Part shown: in pieces, positions 28,954-64,000 of the stretch
How the letters are laid out: every line of letters starts with the position of its first letter
Numbering within the stretch: the first letter of the stretch is position 1
Assembly (NCBI RefSeq): GCF_009914755.1
Contig: NC_060941.1
DNA from: the human T2T-CHM13v2.0 reference genome, Homo sapiens
Direction: 5' to 3' (one strand)
DNA length: 64,000 nt
Translations under genes and position numbers: made by a program
The notes under the pieces: generated by a model
Told to the model about the DNA's origin: nothing
The model's database searches: none
Seen by the model: the letters and a program-made list of their open reading frames with translations, nothing else

Positions 28954-29699
28954 TTAGCCCCTCCCACTAACACACACACACACACACATGCACACACATA
29001 TGCCAGTAAGCCAAACTGTCCCAGATAGGAAGCCAGCACTGGGGTTCTACCTCAGGCTTCAGCCTTCCGTCCGAATCCCCCTTATCCTTTCCTTACAAGG
29101 TGCTGACCTACCCTCTCAGCAGCACTTGGCACACCCTTCAGTGCAGTCTGTTTCTCCCACCTCTTCTTGGAGGTGCCCAAATCCAGTTCCCAGGCTGATC
29201 CAGGTTACTTTCACAGTAGCCTCTTGGCATGCTTCTGGTCAGCCTGTGGTCCACTTTGACCCTTGAGTCTTTTTCTCTGCACTTGGTGTTTAGCTTATTC
29301 TTTCCATGCTTACCTATGTGGCAGTGGTTTTTAGTCCCAAAGCAAACCCTGAGGGAGTAGGGGACTGAACTGAAAATGTGAAGCATTTACTACTACAGGA
29401 GGTGCTCTCTGATGAGTACTCTTACAGTGTTTCATATTATAATAATAGCTCTTAACTTTGCAAAGTGGATATTATTATCTGCCTTTTACAAATTATGAAA
29501 CTGAAGGCAAGAGAGGTGGTGTCGTTGTGCATCATTCATCTAGCAAGAAGCAAAGTCATGCTTTGAAACCAGAACTGACTCCAGAACACATTATCTTTCA
29601 CCCTGTTCGCCTCCATCATTCAAAGAATACAGCCCCTGGTGAGCTTAGATCCAGGTCTAACTGGTTCCAAGATCAGCACTCCAACCTTGGAGATGTGGA

Positions 29700-29900
29700 G
29701 CTCACCCACCGACTTGATCATTTTCCTGTTGAATTTCAACGGATTTCAATAGGTCCATTTCCCTAATTGGTCAAGGTCATCTTGAGCTTTATTCCTGTCT
29801 CCTAGAGGATTAACACTGCCACAAATTTAGTATCCTTTGCAAATTTAATGAGCATATTTTTGATTCCACCATGCAATTTATCTGTAGCCACCAGGCCAGA
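29700..29900 (-). mobile_element. L3/CR1 LINE fossil (RT catalytic region)
   Basis: Minus-strand peptide GGIKNMLIKFAKDTKF resembles the CR1 RT motif ...LIKFADDTKL. Confidence 0.6.
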
Positions 29901-30200
29901 TGGGGTTTCAGGACTGATCCCCTGGGCTTTGCTCCTAGGGAGGGCTGCACCTTGCATGACTGTTGTCTCCCTAGTAGATTTGCTCTTCCATCCTTTCACG
30001 TCTCAGGGCTTTATTCTAGCTGATTGCCCAGCTTTGAGCTTTTCTGAACATGTTGAACATAAGGGCACCTCTCTGCTCTTTGCATTCCTATCTCTGGCTG
30101 CCTGTCATTTATTCATTCAGTAAACATTTACTTGTCCTCATGCAGACCAGCTGCTCTGCATCCAACAGGGGTAGATGAACCACAGGATAAATAAATTTCA

Positions 30201-31302
<1,102 letters not shown>

Positions 31303-34300
31303 AAGATATCTGTTTTCTTTTACATCAACTCACCTCTTTCATCCCACCTGATTGGTGGGATGTTTGACCTCAGTCATTTTCACCACTTCCCACGCTCACC
31401 CCACTCAAGGTGCACAGGGCTCTCAGGGTCTGACTTGGCACCAAAGCATGTGGCCAGTGAGTCATCTCTTGTCATTGCTCACCAGTCCCTGTGTGTCCCT
31501 GGCCAGACTCCTGCTCAGGGAAAATCCTGATTCCAGGCTTAGGACTTCACATACCATTTTGTGAGCCGTGGGCAGAGGAAAGGTTTCTGAGTAAGGAGGA
31601 TATCATGACCTTTGCAGATGATGAAATAGCAGCAGAGCCGAATATGGTTTGTGGAGGGGAGAGGGGATGTGAGTGCTTGCAGGGGGAAAAGAGAAAGATT
31701 CTTGGCTGCTCTTTTGCCTAATTGATCTTAAAACTTGGTTTTGCTACTTTTGATTCATCCTCCTAAATGTGATGGCCCTGAGTCAGGCTCTGGGCTGCTT
31801 CTGTTGGGAATGGAGGGTTGAATTGGGCCTGGTCAAAGTTCTCAAAGTCACCCAGCTTCACCCCACCAGCCATGGTGCGCCTGACCTTGTCCATGGGGTG
31901 TGTTGTTGTCACTTTGGAGTTGAAAGCTCCAGGCAGCATCTAGTTGTCATCTCTGCTGCTCTCTGGTCTCATGTCCTGTCCACATGGGCTGTTGGCTGCC
32001 CTTTGGTCAAACATCTTGTCCCACCCAGCCTGAAGGACTGTTTCTAAATGGGTAGATTCTCAATGGTTGAAGCTTTTCCCCTACTAGGTTCTTCCTCTTA
32101 CTCAGGAGCCAGCATCAGAACCTCTTACCTAGAGTTAGTTGTGGTTTTTCTTCTCCAGTGGTATCTGCCAAGGCCCCACTGACCTTTGGTTTCCCTAACT
32201 CTTTCTTTTCCAGTTGTTTATTAAGTGATGCGCATAAGCCTTTGCAAGCTACAAACCCTCCTTCATCATTGTGGGACTTAGTCCTCATCACAATGAGGGC
32301 AGGTATTCATGGCTCCCATTTTACTGATGAGGAAACTGAGGCCGAGAGAGGCTAAGTTGCCTGCTTAAGGTTATGCAGTCCATAAGTAGCACTGCTAGGT
32401 CAGGTTTAAGCCTGGGCCCTGTTAGTCTAGACTCTAGATCGTGACCTCTGGGCCTCTGGGTCCCAAGTCTGTCCTGAGAGTTGGATCAAGGAACAACAGG
32501 TTGTGAAGGATAAACATCTGCCCACCACTGCCTCTCCTGGGGACTCTGGAGTGGAGAAGCCTGGAGCCCTGGCTTCAGCACACCTTATACTCCCATTGTG
32601 AGCCCAAGGGACCTAGCATAAAGTTCAACCACCTGCCCCTAAGGACTGGGTGTGCCGTGAAACACAGCTGACATTTGTGCAGCACTACAGGTGGTGTGCG
32701 GAGCACCTCCCATGCTCATGATGTTTCTAATCCTCCCAAACCCTCCCTGAAACCAGAAAGGGGTGAAGAGCTGCCACTATCTACCAACACCGAGCACCTC
32801 ACGGGAAACAGTGTCTCAGGACTTTATGCCTATTTGAGTCCAGGAGAATAATAATCATCACAGTATTACCAGTAGTACTAGGAATCATCATCATCATCAG
32901 TAGTTAACGTGTATTGCCTGCATGCTATGCTCCCAGCACCGTGTTTATTTAATCATTACAATGGCTCTTCGAGGTAGATACCATTATCATCTCCGTTTTA
33001 TGGATATGGAAACTGAGGCTCAGAAAGGTTACTTGCCCAAGGCCCCACAGCTACTAAATGGCAGAGCTGAGATTCAAACCCAGATTAATCTTCTTTCAAA
33101 CTTGTGATTGTATCCACTATGCCAAGCTCTGCGGGAAAGTTCTGGCTGGCCAATCGCTGGGGCTGGGATTGGGTGCACTGGGGGTCTCAGCTGCACCAGC
33201 TGATGCCCTCACACAGCCTCACAGCTGCACCCACTCCCCTAGGGATGCTCTAAAGCTGGGCTCAAGCAAGCCCTGGCCAGAGGTCCTAAAGATGCTGACT
33301 GGGGAGTCTGAGGTGTCTACAAATGTCTTCATGACCTACTTCAAACCCCTACTGACCTGGCTGGTGACAGAACATGCAGCAAGGGGACATCTTAGGCTGG
33401 CCAGACTTCAGCTGTTCCTTTGAAGGTTTGATAATCTGACCCTGGTTCCAGCTCTGGGCCAGCCCCAGGCTCCACCTTACCCTGCTCTGTCCTAGTACCT
33501 ACCCCTACCCAGCCTTAACCCCTGGCTCATTCATGACCTGGCTTGAATCAACAGCACTGCTGCTGTGGGACCCTGTCTGTACCAGGCCTGATGCAGCTTC
33601 AGCCAAGACCACCGCTCCCACCACAGCCCCTGGCTCAGTTGCTTCCTTGCACACTGTCCAGCTAGGTTGCCAGGCTGACATCTGAGCAAAGGATCAGCAT
33701 CTTGCCTCTGGTCCCTTGCATGCAGGGGCATGTAGTCCAATCAGATCTCCTCTGACAGCCACAGGAGACCCCAGGGGTCCCTCTCCAGTTCTACCCACCC
33801 TATGAGACTCCTATGTCTTCCACAGAAAAAGACACAGACAAAGTGACATTCCTGAGTCTGAAGCTGGACCCCAACCAGGCTAAATTTGGGTACTGGGTGC
33901 TGTTGGCCCTGGGCTTTGTCATGTCTCTGGTGGTGCTGGGGCTGGCCTGCAGGCTGCAGTCCCTGGAAAAACAGTCACTGACTCAAGACACTGAGATATT
34001 CAGCCCACTGCCCAATGCCTGCTTCCTGGGCATAGCCATGGAACCCTGCCAGGCTGCTAAAGGACAGTGGATGCTGCTGGGCCTCTGCCTTGTCCTGATG
34101 CTGTGCTCAATCAGCCTGGCCATCTGGATTTTCACACAGTAAAGCAGGAAGCCTCCAAGGGTAAGAGCTGAATGGTGAAGTTGGGACTAGACACCAGTGA
34201 ACTGGTGAGGCTGGGGGGCAGGAGGAGGGAGGCTGAGCCAGAGAGTTGGGGGGCAGAGGAGGGGACAGCCTGCATGCATAGTGCCCAATTATAATTGGGT

Positions 34301-34583
34301 TCAGCTGTGGCAGATCTGGGTACATGTGATATTGTAATTGTGTGTTTGCAAACTCATGTATGTGAGGCTGTGTGCACAAACAACTGGCTCTATGTGATTC
34401 TATGTGTGTCCTGGGTTTCAGGCCAAACTCCTTCCCCTGGTGGCTCAGGACCTAAGGTTTTATTGACCCAGTGGCTGTGTCCCTGCAAACCAGCCCCCAC
34501 CCCAAGTCATGCCCAGAATTGGTTCTGCACACAGCCTTGTTTTTTTCAGTAACCCGGCTATGGGACTGCAGTGCCCAAGGAAT

Positions 34584-34661
34584 TTCTGCTCTGGTTAGAA
34601 AAAGGACTCTGCTTCAGTCCACTTCTGCTCTGGTTAGAAAAAGGACTCTGCTTCAGTCCAC
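34584..34661. repeat. Perfect 39-bp tandem duplication
   Basis: TTCTGCTCTGGTTAGAAAAAGGACTCTGCTTCAGTCCAC at 34584-34622 and 34623-34661. Confidence 0.95.
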
Positions 34662-36425
34662 AGTACATAAAATGTACTCAGGTAGGACAGGACATTCCTT
34701 TACGAATCACCAGTGCCCAGTTTATGAGCACTGTGCTTTTATACCAACCAGCACATCTTTCTGCTAATCCTTGGGCCAGCCCTGTGTTGGACTACATAAT
34801 CCAGCCCCCAAAAGCTCTTTGTTGACCAGTTGAGATGTAAGTAGCCTCACAAACTGCCCCATGGCTCTCTCTGCCCCAGCCCAAGCCCTTCCAAATGGAG
34901 ACAGTGGGTTGCTGGGCATTGAGCCAGGCTTGATTAATGATTGACTTCTTTAATATTTAAACAAAGCTCATCTCCAACCACTCTGCTCTGGAGATGGCCT
35001 TGTTCAACACACACACACCTGCTGCCTGGCCCGTTGCCCTGGGGAGCGAGCATAGGACAAACAGCACCTTTTCAGGCTCAGTGGGGGATGGGGAGGACAG
35101 GAAGGAGGGAACTGTAGGAGAATACTTGGGAAATTAGTGCTCTAGAAACAAGCCTGGGGAAAGAACGGGAAGGCCTCTGCCTCTGCCTTTCCTAGTTCAT
35201 TATCCTCAGCCTGGGTCTGCCTGCCATGAGGATCCTACATTCAATATTGGGGATTCAGAGCGTCTGGATGGAGGTTGCATGGGCTCCTGGGGAGGCTGGG
35301 AGTCAGTGTCTGTCAGAGAATAGGGAAAACTTGAGGGGAAAGGGCATTATAGCCAGTAACTACAGAGAAGGGGTACCCCGGCTGCAACTGAGCTGGTGGG
35401 AGGGTGGCCAAAAGAGGAGACCAGGTCTCTCTGAATTAAGAATCTGAGCCCCAAACTCAGGTGTTCAGGGGACAGAGATACTAGGCTGAGATCTCCATGG
35501 ACCCTGCCCCTGTCCAGGTTTCAAAAGGTCTTTCTGAGATCTGGCTGAGCCCAAGCACTTGCTCCAGCCCCAGGCTCCACAGCACCCTTGTTTGATGACT
35601 CTGTCCCTGCTCTTACTTTTCTGTGCCATAATGTCCTTATTTGTCCCTATTACTAGCTATCAGCTCTATAAGAGCTGGATGCACATCAGGAGTGTGCCCC
35701 TCTGTAACAACTCTAGTCAGCACAGGCCATGGTGCACAAAAGGGACTTGGAAAATGATGGAATGAGTAAGTGAATGAATGAATGAATGAATGTCCCACTG
35801 CCCAAGTCCCTCCTCAGAGCTCAGCACCCCATGTACTGAGCTCATGAGAAATAGCCCCTTCTTTTCCTCCACAGCCAGCCTGTCCAACAGAGGGGCAGCC
35901 AGGACATCTCTGCCCTCTTCTCATCCCCCAGCCACAGTGGCCAAAGAGGCCCCCACTAGGCACTGTGGCTCTGCATGACAAACACACATCCAGCCCAGGA
36001 CTCTAAGCCTCTCACCTGGACTCCAGTAAAAACCTTGCTGAGCCTCCTTGTCTATCCTTCCTCCCCCACCCACCATTGTAAAGTTTATGTCACCAGAATA
36101 TTTCTTTCATGTCTAATTGCTTAAGAACTTGGTTGTTCATCAATTAAATCTAGATGTTCAAAATGGCATCTGAGGGTCTTTATTAATTACCTCCTTCCTC
36201 CAAACTCACCTCTCCCACACCCCCTTGTTCCCCCCACCCCAGCCCCTCTGCACTGACATCACCTTTGGCCTTTGCCTAAGGTGCATGCCCCATTTGAATG
36301 CTTGCCCTCCAAGATCAGGCTCAAAATTGCTCACCAAACCCTCTGCAGCACTACAAGCCCACCCAGATGCTCAGTGAACAGTAGTCCCCTTCTCCCCTTC
36401 CTCTCCAGGAAGCCTCTTTCAATAA

Positions 36426-36914
<489 letters not shown>

Positions 36915-37050
36915 CCTTATTGCATATTTCTTGCACGTCTTCATGTGTACTCCTACCCCCTCCTCTCAGGACCAGGCCCTGGCTGGACTTGGCGGCAGGA
37001 GCTCTGCATGGGACCTAGGTCTCAGCTGAGCTGGAGATCACTTGCTATAA

Positions 37051-60231
<23,181 letters not shown>

Positions 60232-60300
60232 ACTCCAAGATAAAGACACCATGAGGGGACTGAAGGTGGGCAAGGTGAGAGTTAAGGATCTTGGGGAGGT

Positions 60301-60750
<450 letters not shown>

Positions 60751-61031
60751 TCAGGTGTGGAGGCAGCTTACAGGATTGAGGGGGCAGTGAAGAAAGAGGT
60801 TTCTGATCTACATGAGTACCTTGCTCTGAGCCTCCCAGCTCAGAACCCTCCAGCACCTCATGGCTCAGCACCAAGGCCCGGGGTTGGTCAGAACTCTTAC
60901 CATGAGCCTCTGACCTGGCTGGAGATGGAGGTATGTTCTGTGGCAGACATGTCAGGACAGTCCTCCAGCCCTCTGCTCCTGATGGTTCTGTGACATTGGG
61001 TCTCTTGAGGGCAGTGGAGTGTCACACAGCT

Positions 61032-61037
61032 AATAAA
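61032..61037 (+). terminator. KCNH6: Candidate KCNH6 polyadenylation signal
   Basis: AATAAA about 800 nt after the stop, followed by GT-rich sequence. Confidence 0.55.
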
Positions 61038-61578
61038 GTACACATTTCATGTTGGACTGGGTGTGTAACTTATCTGAAGGTCATTACGTCTTTGACTGTG
61101 CTGTGGCTTTCTCCAAACCCTTCTTGTAAGGAGCTGCAGACTTACCCTCCACCATATCCAGTGTGTTGGGGACCTGAAGGTGGTTCTGCTGGGCCCAGAG
61201 GCTCCTGGAGCCTGGGGCTGTTAGGCCGAGGTGAAGGGAAGCAGAGGCACTGGCTTGGTGGCCCTAGGGGATCATGACAACAGCCAACACTTCGGTAGCA
61301 CTCGCCCCGTACCAGGCACTGTGCTGACAGCTCTGCAGATACTTGTTCATCTAATCCTCAAAACAACCCCAACGGGTTGGTATTATTATCCCCATTTTAC
61401 AGATGTGGGATCAGTAGCAGAGAGACTAAGACACCCAAACATGAGGGGGATTTCTGAGGTGCAGGTACTGTTCTGTTTCCTGATCTAGGTGCTGGTTACA
61501 GGTGTTCAGGTTGCGAAAGAGTGTGCTTCTGTGTGTAAATTATACCTCAGTTAAAAAGAAAATAAAAATAAAAAAAGA

Positions 61579-64000
61579 GGCCAGGTGTAGTGGCTCATGC
61601 CTGTAATCCCAGGGCTTTGGGAGGAGGATGAGGCAGGAGGACTGCTTGAGGCCAGGAGTCCAAGGTTACAGTAAGCCGTGATTGCATCACTGAACTCACA
61701 CCCTGGGCAAGGGAATAAGACCCTGTCTCAAAATGAAAATTTTAAAAATCATCCCCGTGCCCAACACAATAGGAAAAGGAGGACATAATTTCAACCTAGA
61801 TGGTCTGGCTTTGAGAGCATGTGCAATTAACCACTGCTGAAAAGGGCTGTTGTCCAAGAACTACCTGGTTATTGGTTTTCAGTCCTTTGCTCCAGTGTTC
61901 TGTAAAAGAATTTCGAATATGTATATCCCCCTCATACATTTTTAAGTTGACATCTGAAATATTATAAAATACTTCAATGATACATTTAAATAGATGCAAA
62001 GGATATAATCTCAAGTGTCTTGTAAATATTGACACTTTATAAAACAATTCCATCCTTCATTTGTATTGACCCATTTCTACCCAAATAGCAGCGATTTGAG
62101 AGCCACCACCATCTATTTTAAAAACACAAGAAACCCTTCTTTAACATCGTTCTTTTTTCTTTTCTCATAATTCCCACTTATTCCTCCCATAGTTTTATCC
62201 TACATGTAATTTATTGGTATGCTTCAAAGCCTAATATTGATCACCCTATCATATGTTTGCAACACAAATATGTATACAGGCTGGGTGCAGTGGCTCACTC
62301 ATGCCTGTAATCCCAACACTTTGGGAGGCTGAGGCTGGAAGATTGCTTGAGCCAGGAATTCAAGACCAGCCTGGGCAGCATAGCTCAACCTGGTCTCTAC
62401 AAAACAATTTTTTTTTAATTAGCCAAGCATTGTGATGCGCACCTGTAGTCCCAGGTACTACAGGGCTTGCTGGGAGGCTTGGGTGGGAGAGTCACTTGAA
62501 CCTAAGAGGTCAAGACTGCAGTAAGCCATGTTCATGCAACTGTACTCCAGCCCGGGTAACAGAGCAAGACTCGGTCTCTTAAAAAAAAAAAAAAAGTGGC
62601 TGGGCGCAGTGGCTCACACCTGTAATCCCAGCACTTTGGGAGGCTGAGGTGGGCAGATCACGAGGTCAGGAGATCAAGACCATCCTGGCTAACAGGGTGA
62701 AACCCCATCTCTACTAAAAATACAAAAAAAATAGCCAGGCGTGGTGGCAGGTGCCTGTAGTCCCAGCTACTCGGGAGGCTGAGGCAGGAGAATGGCGTGA
62801 ACCCAGGAGGTGGAGCTTGTAGTGAGCCAAGATCGTGCCACTGCACTCCAGCGTGGGCAACAGAGCAAGACTCCGTTTCAAAAAAAAAGTAGGTCGGTCA
62901 TGGGGTGGCTCATGCCTATAATCCCAGCATTTTGGGAGGCTGAGGTGGGAGGACCAGTTGAACCCAGCCTGGGCAACATAGCAAGATCTTGTCTCTACAA
63001 AAAATAAAGGAGGCAGGAGGATTGCTTGAGCCCGGGAGGTCAAGGCTGCAATAAGCACTGTTTGCCCCACTGCACCACCACCTGGATAACAGAGCAAGAC
63101 CCTGCCTCAAAACGAATGTGTATAAATTAATTGACATTTTAAAATTAATTTTTGTAACCTTAATAAGGCTTTAAGGGTTACATCTATTAGTAGTACAGTT
63201 GTTCAAAACAACATAAATATATATTCAATTTTCTAATAAAAACTAAAATTTTATTGGAAATATACGTCATAAAAGAGAAAATTTCCTCCCCCCGTTAGTT
63301 CCTATATCTGTGGATAAATATCATTATTTTTTATTAGAATAAGACAAGGTACCGCGAATTTTGTACGTCTTTTTCTTTCCTTTTTAAATTTGTTTTTAAA
63401 CTTTCCTCCTTACAGGGGATTTCCTTTAGCTGGGCATGGTGGCGGGCGCCTGTAATCCCAGCTACTCAGGAGGCTGAAGCAAGAGAATCACTTGAACCCT
63501 AAAGGCAGAGGTTGCAGTGAGCCGAGATAGTGCCACTGCACTACAGCCCGGGCGACAGAGTGAGACTCCATCTCAAAAATAAAATAAAATTAAAAAAAAA
63601 AGAGGATTTCTTGGCCAGATGCGGTGGCTCACGCCTGTAATCCCAACACTTTGGGAGGCCGAGGCTGGAAGATCATTTGAGGTCAGGAGTTCGACACCAG
63701 AATGGCCAACATGGTGAAACCCCATCTCTACTAAAAATACAAAAATTAGCTGGCTGTGGTGGTGCACCCCTGTAATCTCAGCTACTCGGGAGGCTGAAGC
63801 AGGAGAATCACTTGAACCTGGGAGGTGGAAAAATCATTTATCATTAAAAATTATATTTAGTGCCCAGAATGGTGGCTCAAGCCTGTAATCCCAGTACTTT
63901 AGGATGCTGATGTGGGAGGATCGCTTGAGCCCAGGAGTTCGAGATCAGCCTGGGCAACATGGAGAGATCTCATCTCTACAAATAATAATTTAAAAATAGC
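61579..64000 (+). mobile_element. Dense cluster of sense Alus/monomers 3' of KCNH6
   Basis: Alu sequence at about 61579, 62278, 62598, 62890, 63427, 63613 and 63860. Confidence 0.85.

Noticed and set aside
31740-32230. Possible ancient LINE (RTE/CR1-like) fragment
   Set aside because: Too degraded to assign by eye.
60864-60882. Second RE1-like sequence TCAGCACCAAGGCCCG
   Set aside because: The right half-site is degenerate and probably a chance match.

Overview
This is human genomic DNA from the ACE-ACE3P-KCNH6 region (17q23), with all three loci on the + strand. (1) The 3' half of ACE spans 767-11863: 12 coding exons covering the C-domain, stalk, TM segment and tail. It is the insertion (I) haplotype, with the antisense AluYa5 and its 14-bp TSD in intron 16. 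(2) A repeat-dense spacer follows, with a CT-rich minisatellite and a nested L1/ERV1 LTR/Alu cluster. (3) The ACE3P pseudogene spans about 21135-34142. It has 14 exon remnants whose sizes track testis ACE, and four clear inactivating lesions. (4) The complete KCNH6 (Kv11.2/ERG2) coding region spans 37729-60231, with 14 exons summing to 994 aa. The most notable unexplained structure is an intronic second copy of the ACE3P zinc-motif segment that reads HQMGH without the frameshift, while the exon reads HEMGH like ACE. Other highlights are an in-frame ACE exon 25 to ACE3P exon 2 splice route, a perfect CRE before a testis-ACE-like leader exon, a duplicated stalk+TM module in the last ACE3P exon, and a non-canonical REST/RE1 site in the KCNH6 promoter. 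Exon boundaries were read by eye from GT/AG signals, phase and homology. Repeat subfamily calls and SNP identities are from recall and were not database-checked.
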